Part shown: positions 1 through 12,085 of the stretch, piece after piece
Position numbering within the stretch: position 1 is the first letter of the stretch
How the letters are laid out: each line of letters opens with the position of its first letter
Origin: Octopus vulgaris
Taxonomy: Eukaryota
NCBI GenBank assembly: GCA_951406725.2
Contig: OX597822.1
Coordinates: 99,944,001 to 100,008,000, forward strand
Reading direction: 5' to 3'
DNA length: 64,000 bases
Notes under the pieces: generated by a model
The model's database searches: none
What the model was told of the DNA's origin: nothing
The model's input: only the letters and a program-made list of their open reading frames with translations
Position numbers and translations under genes: made by a program

Positions 1-509
1 TACATATTCTTAATTGAAAATAAATGCTTACTGTTTGTTGGTAATGAACCGAAGAACTTCTTCTTTGTATCTTGTCAATCAGTGTTTTTTTATTTTTACA
101 ATTAAGAATTTCGTTATTGTATGGTCAAAGTGAGAACGTAAATAAGAGAGAAAACAACAAAAATAAAAAATAAAAAACAGAGTGAGAAAAGAGGAAAATA
201 ATTAATTTTATTACTTTATCTCATTTATTTCATTATTAAGAGTCACTGCCTACACATTCTTTGGATCTTATTTTTAATGTTATAAGTTATTTCCAGCTCA
301 TTTCAACAATTAAGAAATCATCTCTTTCTCTCTTTGTCACACACATAGATAAATGTACACATGCATATTGTTTGCGATAATTATTTCTATTTGAGTAAAA
401 ACTAAAGACAATTAACATCAGAGATGATGATGTCAAACACATATTCAAAATTATTAATAACAACAATGATGATGATGATGATGATGATTATCATAATTAT
501 TATTATTAG

Positions 510-722
510 TGGGGTGAGTAGGCTGAATCGTTAGCACACCAGGCAAAATGCTTAGTGGTATTTCGTTTGTCTTCACGTTCTGTGTTCAAATTCCGCTGAG
601 GTCAGCCTTGCTTTTCCTCCTCTCAGGAGTCAATAAAATAAGTACCAGTTGATCACTAGGGTTAATGTAATTAACTAACCCCCTACTCCAAACTTGCTGG
701 CCCTTGTACAAAAATTTGAAAT
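510..722 (+). mobile_element. tRNA-derived SINE family A (Nin/Deu-like core), decayed
   Basis: gttcaaattcc B-box followed by gcttttcctcctctcaggagtcaataaaataagtaccag; matches the cleaner copy at 52138. Confidence 0.7.
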
Positions 723-794
723 CGTCATTATACCACTGCCACCGCTACTACCACCACCACCACCACCATCATTGTTATTATCACTATGGGGATA

Positions 795-2576
795 GATAAG
801 TTAGCCTAGATGAGATGCAGTTTGGTTCTGTGCCAGGCAGAAGCACCACTAATGCTATATTTCTGGTAAAGCAATTGCAGGAGAAATATCTAGCCAAAGA
901 CAAACCTTTGTACTTGGCTTTTGTTGACTTGGAGAAAGCCTTTGACAGGGTCCCCTGATCCCTTATCTGGTAGTCAATGAGGAAACTAGGGATAGACAAG
1001 TGGCTGGTAAGAACTGTACAAGCTCTGTAGAGGGAGGCTGTCAGTAAGGTGAGGGTTGGCAACGAGTATAGTGAAGAATTCCGAGTAGAAGTAGGGGTTT
1101 ACTAAGGATCAGTCCTCAGCCCCCTCTTAATCATTACAGTCCTCCAGGCAATAACAGAGGAATCCAAGACAGGCTGCTCCTGGTAGCTCCTCCATGCTGA
1201 TGACCTTACTCTAATAGCCGAATCATTGCAAGAACTGGAGACAAAGTTTAGGGTGTGGAAGCAAGGTCTAGAATCGAAGGGCCTTAGGGTTAACTTAGCT
1301 AAAACCAAAAATTTAGTAAGTAGGAAGGCTGTCAAATCACAACCCCCTTCAGGTAGATGGCCCTGCTTGATCTGTAGAAAAGTCATGGGTAGAAACTCCA
1401 TACAATGTACCCAGTGTAAGCTGTGGACACATAAAAGCTGCAGCAATATCAAACACTGAAGATGTAGAGTAAACAGATTCTATGCCACGGGAAGAAACTA
1501 GAAGTAGTTAATAGCTTCTGTAACCTAGGCGACCAAGTCTGTAGTGGGGGTGGTTGCTCTGAGCGTATAGTGACTAGAGTAAGAATAGCCTGGGCATAGG
1601 TCAGGAAGCTCTTACCTCTCCTGGCAACTAAGGGCTTCTCGCTCAGGATGAAAGGTAGGCTGTATGATGCAAACTGCCATGCTACACAGCAGTGAAACAT
1701 GGGCCATGAATGGTGAGGACATGCGTAAGCTTGAAAGAAATGAAGCAAGTATGATCCACTGGATGTGTAATGTCAGTGTGTATACATGACAGAATATAAA
1801 CGCCCTGAGAGAATGGGCATAAGAAGCATCAAATGTGGTGTGCAAGAGAGACGACTGCACTGGTATGGCCATGTGTTATGTGAGGAAGTGCCATTCTCTA
1901 ACTGTAGAAGGAACCTGTGGAAGAGGTAGATCCAGGAAGACATAGGATGAAGTGATGAAGCATGACCTTTGAACATTGGGCCTCACAGAGGCAATGACAG
2001 GAGAACAGGACCTTTGGAGATATGCTGTGATTGAGAAGATGCAGCAACTAAAGTGAGATCACAGCCAAGCATGTCCAGCCCTGTTAAGAATACTCCTGAT
2101 GCATTGGGCAATATGATATGCTTGAGACAACCTGTTGAGTCAAGTAAAACCAATATCATAGCTGGGGCCGGTGCCCCTGAGTGGCTCCTGTACTGGTGGT
2201 ACATAGAAAGCACCATCTGAACATAGTCGATGCCATGTCCGCCTGACTGGCTCTTGTACCGGTGGCACGTAAAAAGCACCATCTGAACATAGTTGATGCC
2301 AGTACCACCTGACTGGCTCTTGTGCTGGTGGCATGTAAAAAGCAGCATCCAAACGTGATCATTGCCAGGCCCGCCTTAGTGGCCCCTGTGCCGGTGGCAT
2401 GTAAAATGCACCCACTTCACTCAGAGTGCTTGGCATTAGGAAGGGCATCCAACTGTAGAAACTCAGCCAGACCAGATTGGAGCCTGGTGCAGTCACTGGC
2501 TCTCCAGACCACAGTCAAACAGTCCAACCCATGCCAGCATGGAAAACGGACGTTAATCGATGATGATGATGATGAT
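795..2576 (+). mobile_element. 5'-truncated, decayed RTE-clade LINE (RT pseudogene, 3' UTR and (GAT)n tail)
   Basis: Translates to DEMQFGSVPGRSTTNAIFLVKQLQEK..LYLAFVDLEKAFDRVP*, GSVLSP, LHADDL and GLRVNLAKTK, with stops and frameshifts. Ends in catggaaaacggacgttaa-(gat)n. Confidence 0.92.
2140..2412 (+). repeat. Four ~66-bp tandem units in the RTE 3' UTR
   Basis: Recurring tgtgccggtggcacgtaaaaagcacc core separated by ~40-bp related linkers. Confidence 0.9.
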
Positions 2577-2607
2577 ATATATACATGTACATACATATAT
2601 GTATACA

Positions 2608-2658
<51 letters not shown>

Positions 2659-3409
2659 TCGTTCATTTAAATGAATAAAAATATTTGCACTAAATGACTT
2701 TATATTACTGACAAGAATTTAATTAGACATCGATAATGAGGCTTCCTCATTAACAAATTAACACCGACATAGTCATTTACATTTGTATTTGCATATTTTA
2801 AGTTCCTTATATCAAATCCATTAAGTGTTTGTTGTCGTTAGCGGTGGTAGTAGTGGTTACAGCAGTGATGATGATGGTAATGGTGATGGTGAAAACAGGG
2901 TCAAGTCTAGAAAGCACCTTATTTTTTTAAATAACAAATGTATAAATATTCATGTATATGCACTCAATAACATATACGCATTCACCAAATAGGAGAGTGT
3001 ATAATTGCATTATGAAAATAATGCATACATACACACACACACACAAACAAATTTATATGCATGGCTGTAGAGTTAAGAAAATAGCTTCACAACCACAGAG
3101 CTCTAGGTTCGATCCCACTGCATAGTATATTGGGCAATTATGTTTGACAATATCTTTGGATTAACCAATGCTTTATAGGTGAAATTTGGTAGACAGAGAC
3201 CGAATGGAAGCCCATTGTTTTGTATGCATATATCATCATCATTTTAACATCTGCTTTTCCATTCTTGCTACAGTCGGGTAGGGTTTATTGAGAGAGATGT
3301 TCTATGGCCAGATGCTTTTCTGCAACTAGCCCTCACCTGTTTTTAAGCAAGTAATATTTCCCCATGGCCAGACATACTTTTGCAGAATATTCTTTTCTAC
3401 TCTAGGCAC

Positions 3410-3570
3410 TACTCTTGGCATTAGGAAGGGCATCCAGCTGTGGAAACTCTGCCAGATCAAGATTGGAGACTAGTGCAGCCATCTGGTTCGCCAGCCCTCA
3501 GTCAAAATCGTCGAACCCATGCTAGCATGGAAAGCAGACGTTAAACGATGATGATGATGATGATGATGAT
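3410..3570 (+). mobile_element. RTE 3'-tail fragment
   Basis: ttggcattaggaagggcatccagctg...gcagacgttaaac(gat)n, same as 2430-2576. Confidence 0.85.
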
Positions 3571-3765
3571 AGGCACAAGGCCTGAAATTTTTAGGAGAAG
3601 GGACTAGTCGATTAGATCGAACCCAGTATGCAACTGGTACTTAACTTATGAACCTCGAAAGGATGAAAAGCAAAGTCGACCTCGGTGGAATTTGAACTCA
3701 GAACGTTATGACAGACAAAATAATGCTAAGCATTTCGCGTGCTAACGTTTCTGCCAACTCGCAGA
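3571..3765 (-). mobile_element. SINE family A copy
   Basis: Reverse complement of the family A core (aaaggatgaaaagcaaagtcgacctcggtggaatttgaactc). Confidence 0.8.
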
Positions 3766-3869
3766 ATATTGGGAACACACAACATTGCTTGTGTGACAAC
3801 AACACTCGTTTAAAATTAACATGATATTTCAAGACAAGAAGAGCCAAACACACACACATCTTTTATCAA

Positions 3870-4330
3870 TTACTTGTTTCAGTCATACAGACTGTGGCCA
3901 TGCTGGGGTACTACTTTGAAGAATTTTAGTTGAATGAATTACTTTCTCTTAAACCTGGTACTTATTCTATCATTCTCTTTTGCAAAACCATTAAGTTATG
4001 AAGATGGAAACACATTGATGCCAGTTATCAAGTGGTAGTGGGGGGGGACAAACACAGACACAGACACACACACACACATATATATACATATATACACACA
4101 CATATATATAAACACACATGCACACATACACATATAAACACACACACACACACACACATACGTACGTACATACATACATGCATGCATGCATGCATACATA
4201 CATACACACACACACACACACATATACATACATACATACATATATATACACATGCACACAATAGGTTTCTTTCGGTTTACCAAATCCACTCACAAGGTTT
4301 TGGTTTGCCCAAAGTGTCATGCAGTGAGAC
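3870..4330 (-). mobile_element. SINE family B, decayed, with expanded internal (CA/TA)n
   Basis: cttgtttcagtcat...accaaatccactcacaagg flanking a ~200-bp microsatellite. Confidence 0.75.
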
Positions 4331-4647
4331 GGAATCACCCTCAGGCCCTGTGCTAACTTCTATGTGCAGTTTCTCCTCCCCAGAATGTCATCCCTCTAGA
4401 ATCTCCTCCCTGTGCCTGTTCTTCACTGCAGTCTTAAAATTTAACCATTTTATTAACAAATTTCCATTGAAATACACTGTAAACACACTGTCCTTGCTTT
4501 GATCAGTTTTGAAAGTAATGAATTTAGATATTTAACTTTGTGATTATCATGCTGGTATTTGGATCAAATACTTACATGACATTTTAATGAAAATTTTTTA
4601 AATTAGATAACTTTTAACTCTTTTTTTATGATATATATATTGAAATA

Positions 4648-4955
4648 GAGGCGCAATGGCCTAGTGGTTAGGGCAGTGGACTCGCGGTTGTAGGATTGCG
4701 GTTTCAATTCCCAAACCGGACGTTGTGAGTGTTTATTGAGCAAAAACACCTAAAGCTCCATGAGGCTCCGGCAGGGGGTGGTGGCGATCCCTGCTGTAAT
4801 CTTTCGCCACAACTTTCTCTCACTCTTTCTTCTGTTGGCCTGCTCGTTTAGCCAGCAGGGTGGCTTCATCTGAAGGCTAAAACAATGCGAAGCGCATTGT
4901 GACCAGCGATGTGTAGCAACATCTGATAGCCTGGTCGGTCACGGTGATCATGGTG
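4648..4955 (+). mobile_element. tRNA-derived SINE family C, tail type 1
   Basis: A box tggcctagtgg and B box ggtttcaattcc; flanked by duplicated atatatattgaaata. Confidence 0.85.
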
Positions 4956-6249
4956 ATATATATTGAAATACATTGCTTTTGTTTCAATTTATTTTGAAAA
5001 TAATGAATAATTTAGTAAAATAACTTTGTCATTGTTAAATGAGTATTAAGAACAAAAATTAATACGAAATTTCAATGGGAGGTTTTAATTTAGATTACTT
5101 TAAAACAGCAATCATGCATCATAGAACCAGAGGTGGTTTCAGGACAGTTGGTATCAAATAGGTCAAGAGGGATATTAGTTGCATCAATCTCATCAGCTTT
5201 GGAAGGCCTGTGAAGGCCATGTGAATCTTCTTTCTTCCAGAACAATCCAATAAAAAACAACAACAGAGGTATATGAAAGTAATGAGTTTGCATTGAGACT
5301 GTAAGCTGACACCCAACATTTCTCAAACAGCAAGTTAGCTGTCTTGTCGCCAACTAACTGCATTTAAGAATGACTAAGAATGAACCTTCTAGCTTCTTGT
5401 CCAATTGTTTTTACCTACTAAACTATCAGCTGGTAATTTTTGTTTTTTAATTTGTTTTATTTTCTAACAAAACAGAAAGTAATTAACTACCTGCTTCGAG
5501 CTCAACCCTCTATCTTAATTACTTTGTTCCAGTGTATATCTTATATTAGCCTTAGTTACTACCAATGGCTAATTAAATATACCTCATTTATTCACCTGAT
5601 TGTTAATTCTTTCCACACACACTTACCATTTTTGTTTCAAACTTGACCTAAAAAGAATATTCTATATGGAATATTCCAAAACCATCTAACCAAAATTATC
5701 TGAAGGTTTTCCTATTTCCTATTTTTGGCTAAATCAACTTCTCTTGTTTCAGAGATAGAAGAAATCTTACAATCGGTTTGTTAACTGATTAAATGGCAGG
5801 AAGATGTGAATGTTGCTGCTCTAATGGGGGAGTATCAAGACCATGTATTGAGAGGAATTCTTTGGTTTTTTGAATAAGTCATCTCTGGAAACATGGGTGT
5901 TTTGTTCATCATCCTTAAACAACCTTATTCAGGGACCTCTTCAATGAGATGAGATACTTAGCCTGAAGAAAGTACTAACTAGACCCCCCACCTCAAGGCC
6001 ATGCACTATTTATCTTGACATGAGATCACCATGTCACTCTCTCACTTGACCTTCAGGACTTCAACAGAAGTATTCAATATACTTATTTGTCTCCCTATTC
6101 AACCGTGATTATGTACTTCTCTTGTTCTTTGACAAAGGTTTTTTCTTCTAATTTTTAATTGAAAAAAAAAACAGAGGGAAACAACAATAAAAACATGTCC
6201 TGTCAGAATCAAACATGAATATACTGCTTGCTATTGTATTTTGTCATTA

Positions 6250-6465
6250 GAGAACATCTCTTCCTCTCTTTAGACAATGTCTGTTCATAACACACAAAAT
6301 CCATTGACATAAGGGGACACTATGGTGTCGTTGGAGAACACCTCCTTTTAGACAATGTCTGTTCATAAAACTGTGGCATCACTGGAGAATATCTCCTCCT
6401 CCCTTTAGACAATGTCTGTTCATAACACACATAATCCATTGACATAAGGGGACACTGTGGTGTTT
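6250..6465 (+). repeat. Local tandem repeat, three imperfect units of ~50-85 bp
   Basis: tttagacaatgtctgttcataa occurs three times; atccattgacataaggggacact occurs twice. Confidence 0.85.
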
Positions 6466-6677
6466 TGACCTTATTGTATGTCTCTTCAGTCAAAACTACC
6501 CTGAACTAATGAATCTAAATTAGAGTAGAGGCTCTTGTTTATAAGAAATCAGCAAATTATTCTCTGATGCAAATACTTTAAATTCTCAATGTTTTGCAAG
6601 CACCCATTGAATTATTAATAAAAAAAATCATGTGTTTTAATAATCCCATTGGTTTTGGCTTCCAAATCTGTTCCAGT

Positions 6678-6874
6678 TGAACCCTCTAGCACTCAGATTA
6701 CTCTGTCAATATAATCATTATTTATCTTGTAGTCAAGAAATTTCAATGATGTGATTGTTTATTTTTAGAATGACATTGTAGGTTAGACGTGAAAGGCCAA
6801 ATCTGGCCAGTGTAAACATAAAACAGGAAGAATATTATGAATGGATATGGCAGGCTTAAATGCTAAAGGTTTAA
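6678..6874 (+). mobile_element. MITE family 2 (TTAA-flanked), decayed
   Basis: Ends aaccctctagcact / aatgctaaaggtttaa; body matches 9495-9723. Confidence 0.7.
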
Positions 6875-6883
6875 TATAACATT

Positions 6884-7299
6884 TACTCTTTTATTCTTTT
6901 ACTTGTTTCAGTGATTTGACTGTGGCCATGCTGGAGCACCGCCTTTAGTCGAGCAAATCGACCCCAGGACTTATTCTTTGTAAGCCTAGTACTTATTCTA
7001 TTGGTCTCTTTTGCCGAACCGCTAAGTTACGGGGACATAAACACACCAGCATCAGTTGTCAAGCAATGTTGGCAGGTACAAACACAGACACACAAACATA
7101 TACACACACACATACATATATATTATACATATATACGACAGGCTTCTTTCAGTTTCCGTCTACCAAATCCACTCACAAGGCTTTGGTTGGCCCGAGACTA
7201 TAGTAGAAGACACTTGCCCAAAAGGCCACGCAGTGGGACTGAACCTGGAACCATGTGGTTGGTAAGCAAGCTACTTACCACACAGCCACTCCTACGCCT
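6884..7299 (-). mobile_element. SINE family B, full length
   Basis: tRNA-like head (tggctgtgtggt / ggttcagtccc), internal (TA/TG)n and (gtaaaaga)n tail. Confidence 0.9.
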
Positions 7300-7450
7300 A
7301 TGAAAATTTCTAAATTTTCTTAAAATCCGGATTAATCTTTAATGAAATTGCATTGTTTCACAGTTCCATGTACTTGACCTTTGTTGTTAATTCTGAACTG
7401 AATGAATGCACAAAGTAACCTACTTCACAATTTAACCTTCAGTCAGTGAT

Positions 7451-8045
7451 TTAACCCCTTAATGTTCAGATTACTCTGTCAAATGTAATGCTTGTTGATT
7501 CACATTTATTCACCATGCTAGTGGAGCGCTAAGAGTACCATACGAGCGTGATCGTTGCCAGAGCAACAAACTGGCCTCTGTGCCGGTGGCACATAAAAAG
7601 CACCATTCGAGTGTGATCATTACCTGCGTCACCTTACTAGCACTTGTGCTGGTGGCACATGAAAAAACATTCGAGTGAGGTCGTTGCCAGTGCCGCTGGA
7701 CTGGCTCCTGTGCAGGTGGCACATAAAAAGCATCATTTGAGCGTGGCTGTTGCCAGCACTGCCTTACTGGCCCTCGTGCCGGTGGCACGTGAAAGCACCC
7801 ACTACACTCTCGGAGTGGTTGGCATTAGGAAGGGCACCCAGCTGTAGAAACTCTGCCAGATCAAGATTGGAGTCTGGTGCAGCCATCTGGTTCGCCAGAC
7901 CTCAGTCAGATCGTCCAACCCATGCTAGCATGGAAAGCGGATGTTAAACGATGATGATGATGATGTAGGGTAGATGTGAGAGGATGGATTTGGCTAGATT
8001 GAACACTCATGCTGGATATGGCCAGTTTGAATGTTAAAGAATTAA
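7451..8045 (+). mobile_element. MITE family 2 interrupted by an RTE-tail element (~7512-7964, four array units)
   Basis: MITE ends lie at 7451 and 8045; the insert ends in (gat)n. Confidence 0.8.
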
Positions 8046-8647
8046 CAAACAAGAAGCAGAAAATCAGTTCTTGTAACTAATTTGATAGTTATTATTTTTC
8101 TAGGATAAGCAAATTGATTAACCCTTTTGATACTATATCTCTATTGAAATATTCTGCCTTCCTTTCAATTAATTATGAAAATAATGAAGAATATACTAAA
8201 ATTACTGTCATTATTAAGCTGCAGTAACATTCTGAGTTCAAATTCAGCTGCGGTCGACTTTGCTTTTATCCTTTCAGAGTCAAAACAATTAGTACTAATT
8301 AATCACTGGGGTCAATGTAATCAACTAGCAGCCCCTCTAATATTTCGGGTTTTGTTCCTATAGTAGAAAGAATTATTAAGCTACCATGCAGAGCATAAAT
8401 TAACATGGAATGTTGATGGGTTTTCTGAAATACACTGCCCTTTATTTCAATTAATTTCAGAAATAATTTAGAATTTAGTAAAATAACTTTTTTGTTATTA
8501 AATATATAAAATATATGGAATATAAAATAAAATGAAATTTTAATAGGTTTTAGTTTAGATTCACTTTAAAACAGTAAGTTTGTAACTATAACGAAGGGCA
8601 GCCTAAGGCTGGTAGTTATCTAAGAGGTTGAAATTAAATGTTGATGA

Positions 8648-8886
8648 TGGCACCAACCGATCGTAGCCGCTGCCAGCCCCCCACCCCCCGGCACCTGTGC
8701 CAGTGGCACGTAAAAAGCACCCACTACACTCACGGAGTGGTTGGCGTTAGGAAGGGCATCAGGCTGTAGAAACACTGCCAGATCAGACTGGAGCCTGGTG
8801 CAGCCTCCTGGCTTCCCAGACCCCCAGTTGAACCGTCCAACCCGTGCAAGCACAGAAAACGGACGGTAAACGATGATGATGATAAT
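8648..8886 (+). mobile_element. RTE-tail element, one array unit
   Basis: gtgccagtggcacgtaaaaagcacccactacac...aaac(gat)n. Confidence 0.85.
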
Positions 8887-9494
8887 GACTCACTAAAACT
8901 TACATGGGTTCACAGAGTGTAAACTACAAATTCAACAACTCTATGGCACCATAATTGGTCATTATGTTAGTTAGCTACACTGATTGGATTACAGCGTGTT
9001 ATGAGATGGACTTTATTACTCTGCCCTACAAATAATAATGTTTTTGTTGTAGGATTCATAATATAGATTATTAATATTTCTAAATAAATAAGTCACAAAG
9101 GACATTTATTAACTGTTATAACCTAAATTGCTTTTGCTTGTTTTTAGATGAGTTAAAATCTCTCTCAAATTCACAGGCCCATTAGGCCAGAACATGTCCT
9201 AATTTTAAGTGCCAGTAACTGAGAATACAAGACACACCAACCCCTAAAACATGAGTGGGGAATCAACTATCACCTCAGGCTTTTGCCGGTACTCACTTTC
9301 AGTTGAAAATTAAGCGCCTTTCTCAGGGCCACAACTAACCACCCACTCTGAAAATAGAACTGATGACTCCAAGTTTAATGCCAAACCCTCTATGTCATGT
9401 ATCTTCACTTAAATGATATACAAAACTGCAACTTTGTAAAGTATAGGTTTACTCCTCACATGACTAGATTTCTCTCAGAATACTCTGAATCACA

Positions 9495-9723
9495 TTAACC
9501 CTTTAGTGTTCACATTATTCTGCCAAAATTAATCCTCTTTCATCTACATTGCCTTGAACTAATCAGGCATTATCTTGTAGCTATGAGATTTTGATGAGGT
9601 AGCTATTAATTTATAAAATGATATTGTAGGGTTGGTCTGAGAGACCACATCAGGCCAGTTTGAACATAAAACAGGCAGAATACTTTTGGCCGGATATGGC
9701 CGGTTTAAATGTCAAAGGGTTAA
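9495..9723 (+). mobile_element. MITE family 2, full length (piggyBac-like ends)
   Basis: TTAA-CCCTTT...AAAGGG-TTAA, ~220 bp and non-coding. Confidence 0.88.
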
Positions 9724-9834
9724 TTGTAAAAAATAATCAAGGGAGGCAGGCATGGCTGTGTGGTTAAGACCTTTGCTCCCTATGTGGTTTCAGGTTCAAT
9801 CCCAATGCATGGCACACTGAGCAATCATATACTA

Positions 9835-10527
9835 CACCTCCAGCTTTTCTAGTAGTTTATCATAAAGTGGTGTATCCAGTCTATATAAATTCCTGGTCTT
9901 ATCAGATTGCATTAAAACTCCATCCTGGGTCTTTAATATTTCTATTTTTCTAGCTAAGTTGCTGAGGTGCTTGTTGTGTCTGTTAGGGTATTTTTTGGAA
10001 TTTGATATTTTTCACTATATTCCATATTTTCTCCCCAAAGTCCCGTATAATTCTATTATTGGGAGGTTCCTGCCTAGATTTGAAGTTTCTCTTTATATAG
10101 TCTATATCTTCCATGTTAGTATTATTCTTATTAGGATTGTTGGTATTGTAGTAGTAAGCCTTCCATTTCATTCTATTTATAAAGTTTTTAACCCTTTCGT
10201 TACCAACCCGGCTGAAACCGGCTCTGGCTCTGAGTACAAATGTCTTGTTTCCATAAGTTTTGAATTAAAATTTTCCACCAAACCTTAGTTGCAATTTATG
10301 CTCCTAACACTAGCTGAATGATAACCAAGTTATTTTACTAAATTCTTCATTATATTTAGAGTAATTGAACGAAACACAGAGCATCTCAACAGAAATACAG
10401 TAGCGAAAGGGTTAAGCTGGCTAATAAAGTCCTGTATATATTCTTTCCTGCTGGGAATAGGAATATCCTTCAAAGATGAGTTCCACTCTATCATCTCAAT
10501 CCTACCAGAAAGACCCATGTCTGACAT
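9835..10527 (-). pseudogene. N-terminal ORF fragment of a probable Penelope-like retroelement, split by a MITE
   Basis: Removing the MITE and one TTAA joins SSLKDIPIPSRKEYIQDFISQL to KNFINRMKWKAYYY in frame. After a 1-bp frameshift near 9990 it continues ..VLMQSDKTRNLYRLDTPLYDKLL, resembling the DK(T/G) motif upstream of PLE RT. Confidence 0.65.
10188..10415 (+). mobile_element. MITE family 1, full length, TTAA TSD
   Basis: TIR ccctttcgttac / gtagcgaaaggg. The TTAA duplication is supported by restoration of the host ORF. Confidence 0.92.
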
Positions 10528-10789
10528 ATATAAGAAGTCCGAGTGGTAGAACCATTTGTATGATTAATATAAATAATTTGGGAAAACAAATTTCCAAATG
10601 AATCAGGTACAACTCTTCAGCATTATATGCATCTACACATCGTACCTTTGGGTATTACTTATCGCAATTTATATATTCATCTATAAATATACAAAGTATC
10701 TGATAAAAGTCGATATTAATTCAATTTTGGGGTATTAATTGATATGCGGGCATTCTATTTCAGATAATACAAAACATAACCTAATATAT

Positions 10790-10839
<50 letters not shown>

Positions 10840-10999
10840 TTACATATGCATACGTATATATATACACACACACATATATATATACATATATAAATATACA
10901 CATACATACATATATACATATATAAATATACACATACATACATATATACACATATATATATAATAAATGAAAAATGTATGGTGAATAAACAAATGATAT

Positions 11000-11687
11000 A
11001 GGCAGGCACAGATGTGGCTGTGTGGTAATAAGCTTGCTTCCCAACCACATGGTACCAGGTTCAATTCCACTGCATGGCACCTTCAAGCAAGTGTCTTCTA
11101 CTAAAGCCTCAAGCCAACCAAAGCCTTGTGAGTGGATTTGGTAGATGGAAACTGAAAGAAGTCTGTTATGTGTATACATATATCATCATCATCATTTAAC
11201 ATCCGTTTTCCATGCTGGCATGGGTTGGACAGTTTGACTGGAGACTGGCAAGTCAGGAGGCTGCACCAGGCTTCAATGTGATCTGGCAATCTTTCTAGAG
11301 CTGGATGCCCTTCCTAATGCCAACCACTGAGAGCATAGTGGGTGCCTTTTACATGCCACCGGCATGGGAGCTAGTCAGGCAGCATTGGCATCAGCCATGT
11401 TCGGATGGTGCTCTTTACGTGCCACCGGCACAGGAGCCAGTCTGGAGGGTCTGGCAGCAACCCACGCATGAATGAATGGTGCTTATCACGTGCCATCAGC
11501 ATTGGTAATGGCCACAACTACAATTTCCATTTGATTGTGAGTTGCTTGACTCAATAGGCCTCTTCAAGGACGGAATGTCAATCCTAAAAAAATGAAGTCC
11601 AGGGGTCAATTTGTTTGACTAAAACCCTCCATGGTGGTGCTCCAGCATGGTTGCAGTCAACTGACTGAAACAAGTAAAAGAACAAAA

Positions 11688-11690
<3 letters not shown>
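11000..11690 (+). mobile_element. SINE B head and tail separated by an inverted RTE-tail element (~11182-11560)
   Basis: Head at 11000-11165, (cat)n-led reverse tail, then SINE B 3' end at 11596-11688. Confidence 0.75.
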
Positions 11691-11746
<56 letters not shown>

Positions 11747-11750
<4 letters not shown>

Positions 11751-12085
11751 GGCACGTGGCTCAGTGGTTAGAGCGTCGAGCTTACGATCGTGAGGTTGTG
11801 AGCTCGAATCCCGGACCGGGGTGCGTGTTGTGTTCTTGAGCAAGACACTTTATTTCACGTTGCTCCAGTTCACTCAGCTGTAGAAATGAGTTGCGACGTC
11901 ACAGGTGCCAAGCTGTATCGGCCCTTGCCTTTCCCTTGGACAACATCGGTGACGTGGAGAGGGGAGGCCGGTATACATGGGCGACTGCTGGTCTTCCATA
12001 AAACAACCTTGCCCAGACTTGTGCCTCAGAGGGTAACTCTCTAGGTGCAAACCCATGGTCAGTGTCTGACCGAAGGGGGTCACCA
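11747..12085 (+). mobile_element. tRNA-derived SINE family D (CORE-like central block)
   Basis: tggctcagtggttagagc A box, tcgaatccc B box, then ttgagcaagacacttt...ctcagctgtagaaatgag. A second copy lies at 27625. Confidence 0.85.

Noticed and set aside
2140-2412. CRISPR-like repeat-spacer array
   Set aside because: The linkers are homologous to each other and shared between dispersed copies. No cas genes are present and the array is part of a retroelement tail.
7001-7303. Recurrent ORFs such as RQASFSFRLPNPLTR and LLSVSVYQIHSQG
   Set aside because: They are antisense translations of SINE B, repeated in each copy with inconsistent frames.
7575-7800. Pistol ribozyme reading of cgtgc..gcacg-taaaaag
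   Set aside because: It resembles pistol P1 plus the A-rich linker, but there is no room for P2 before the pseudoknot partner.
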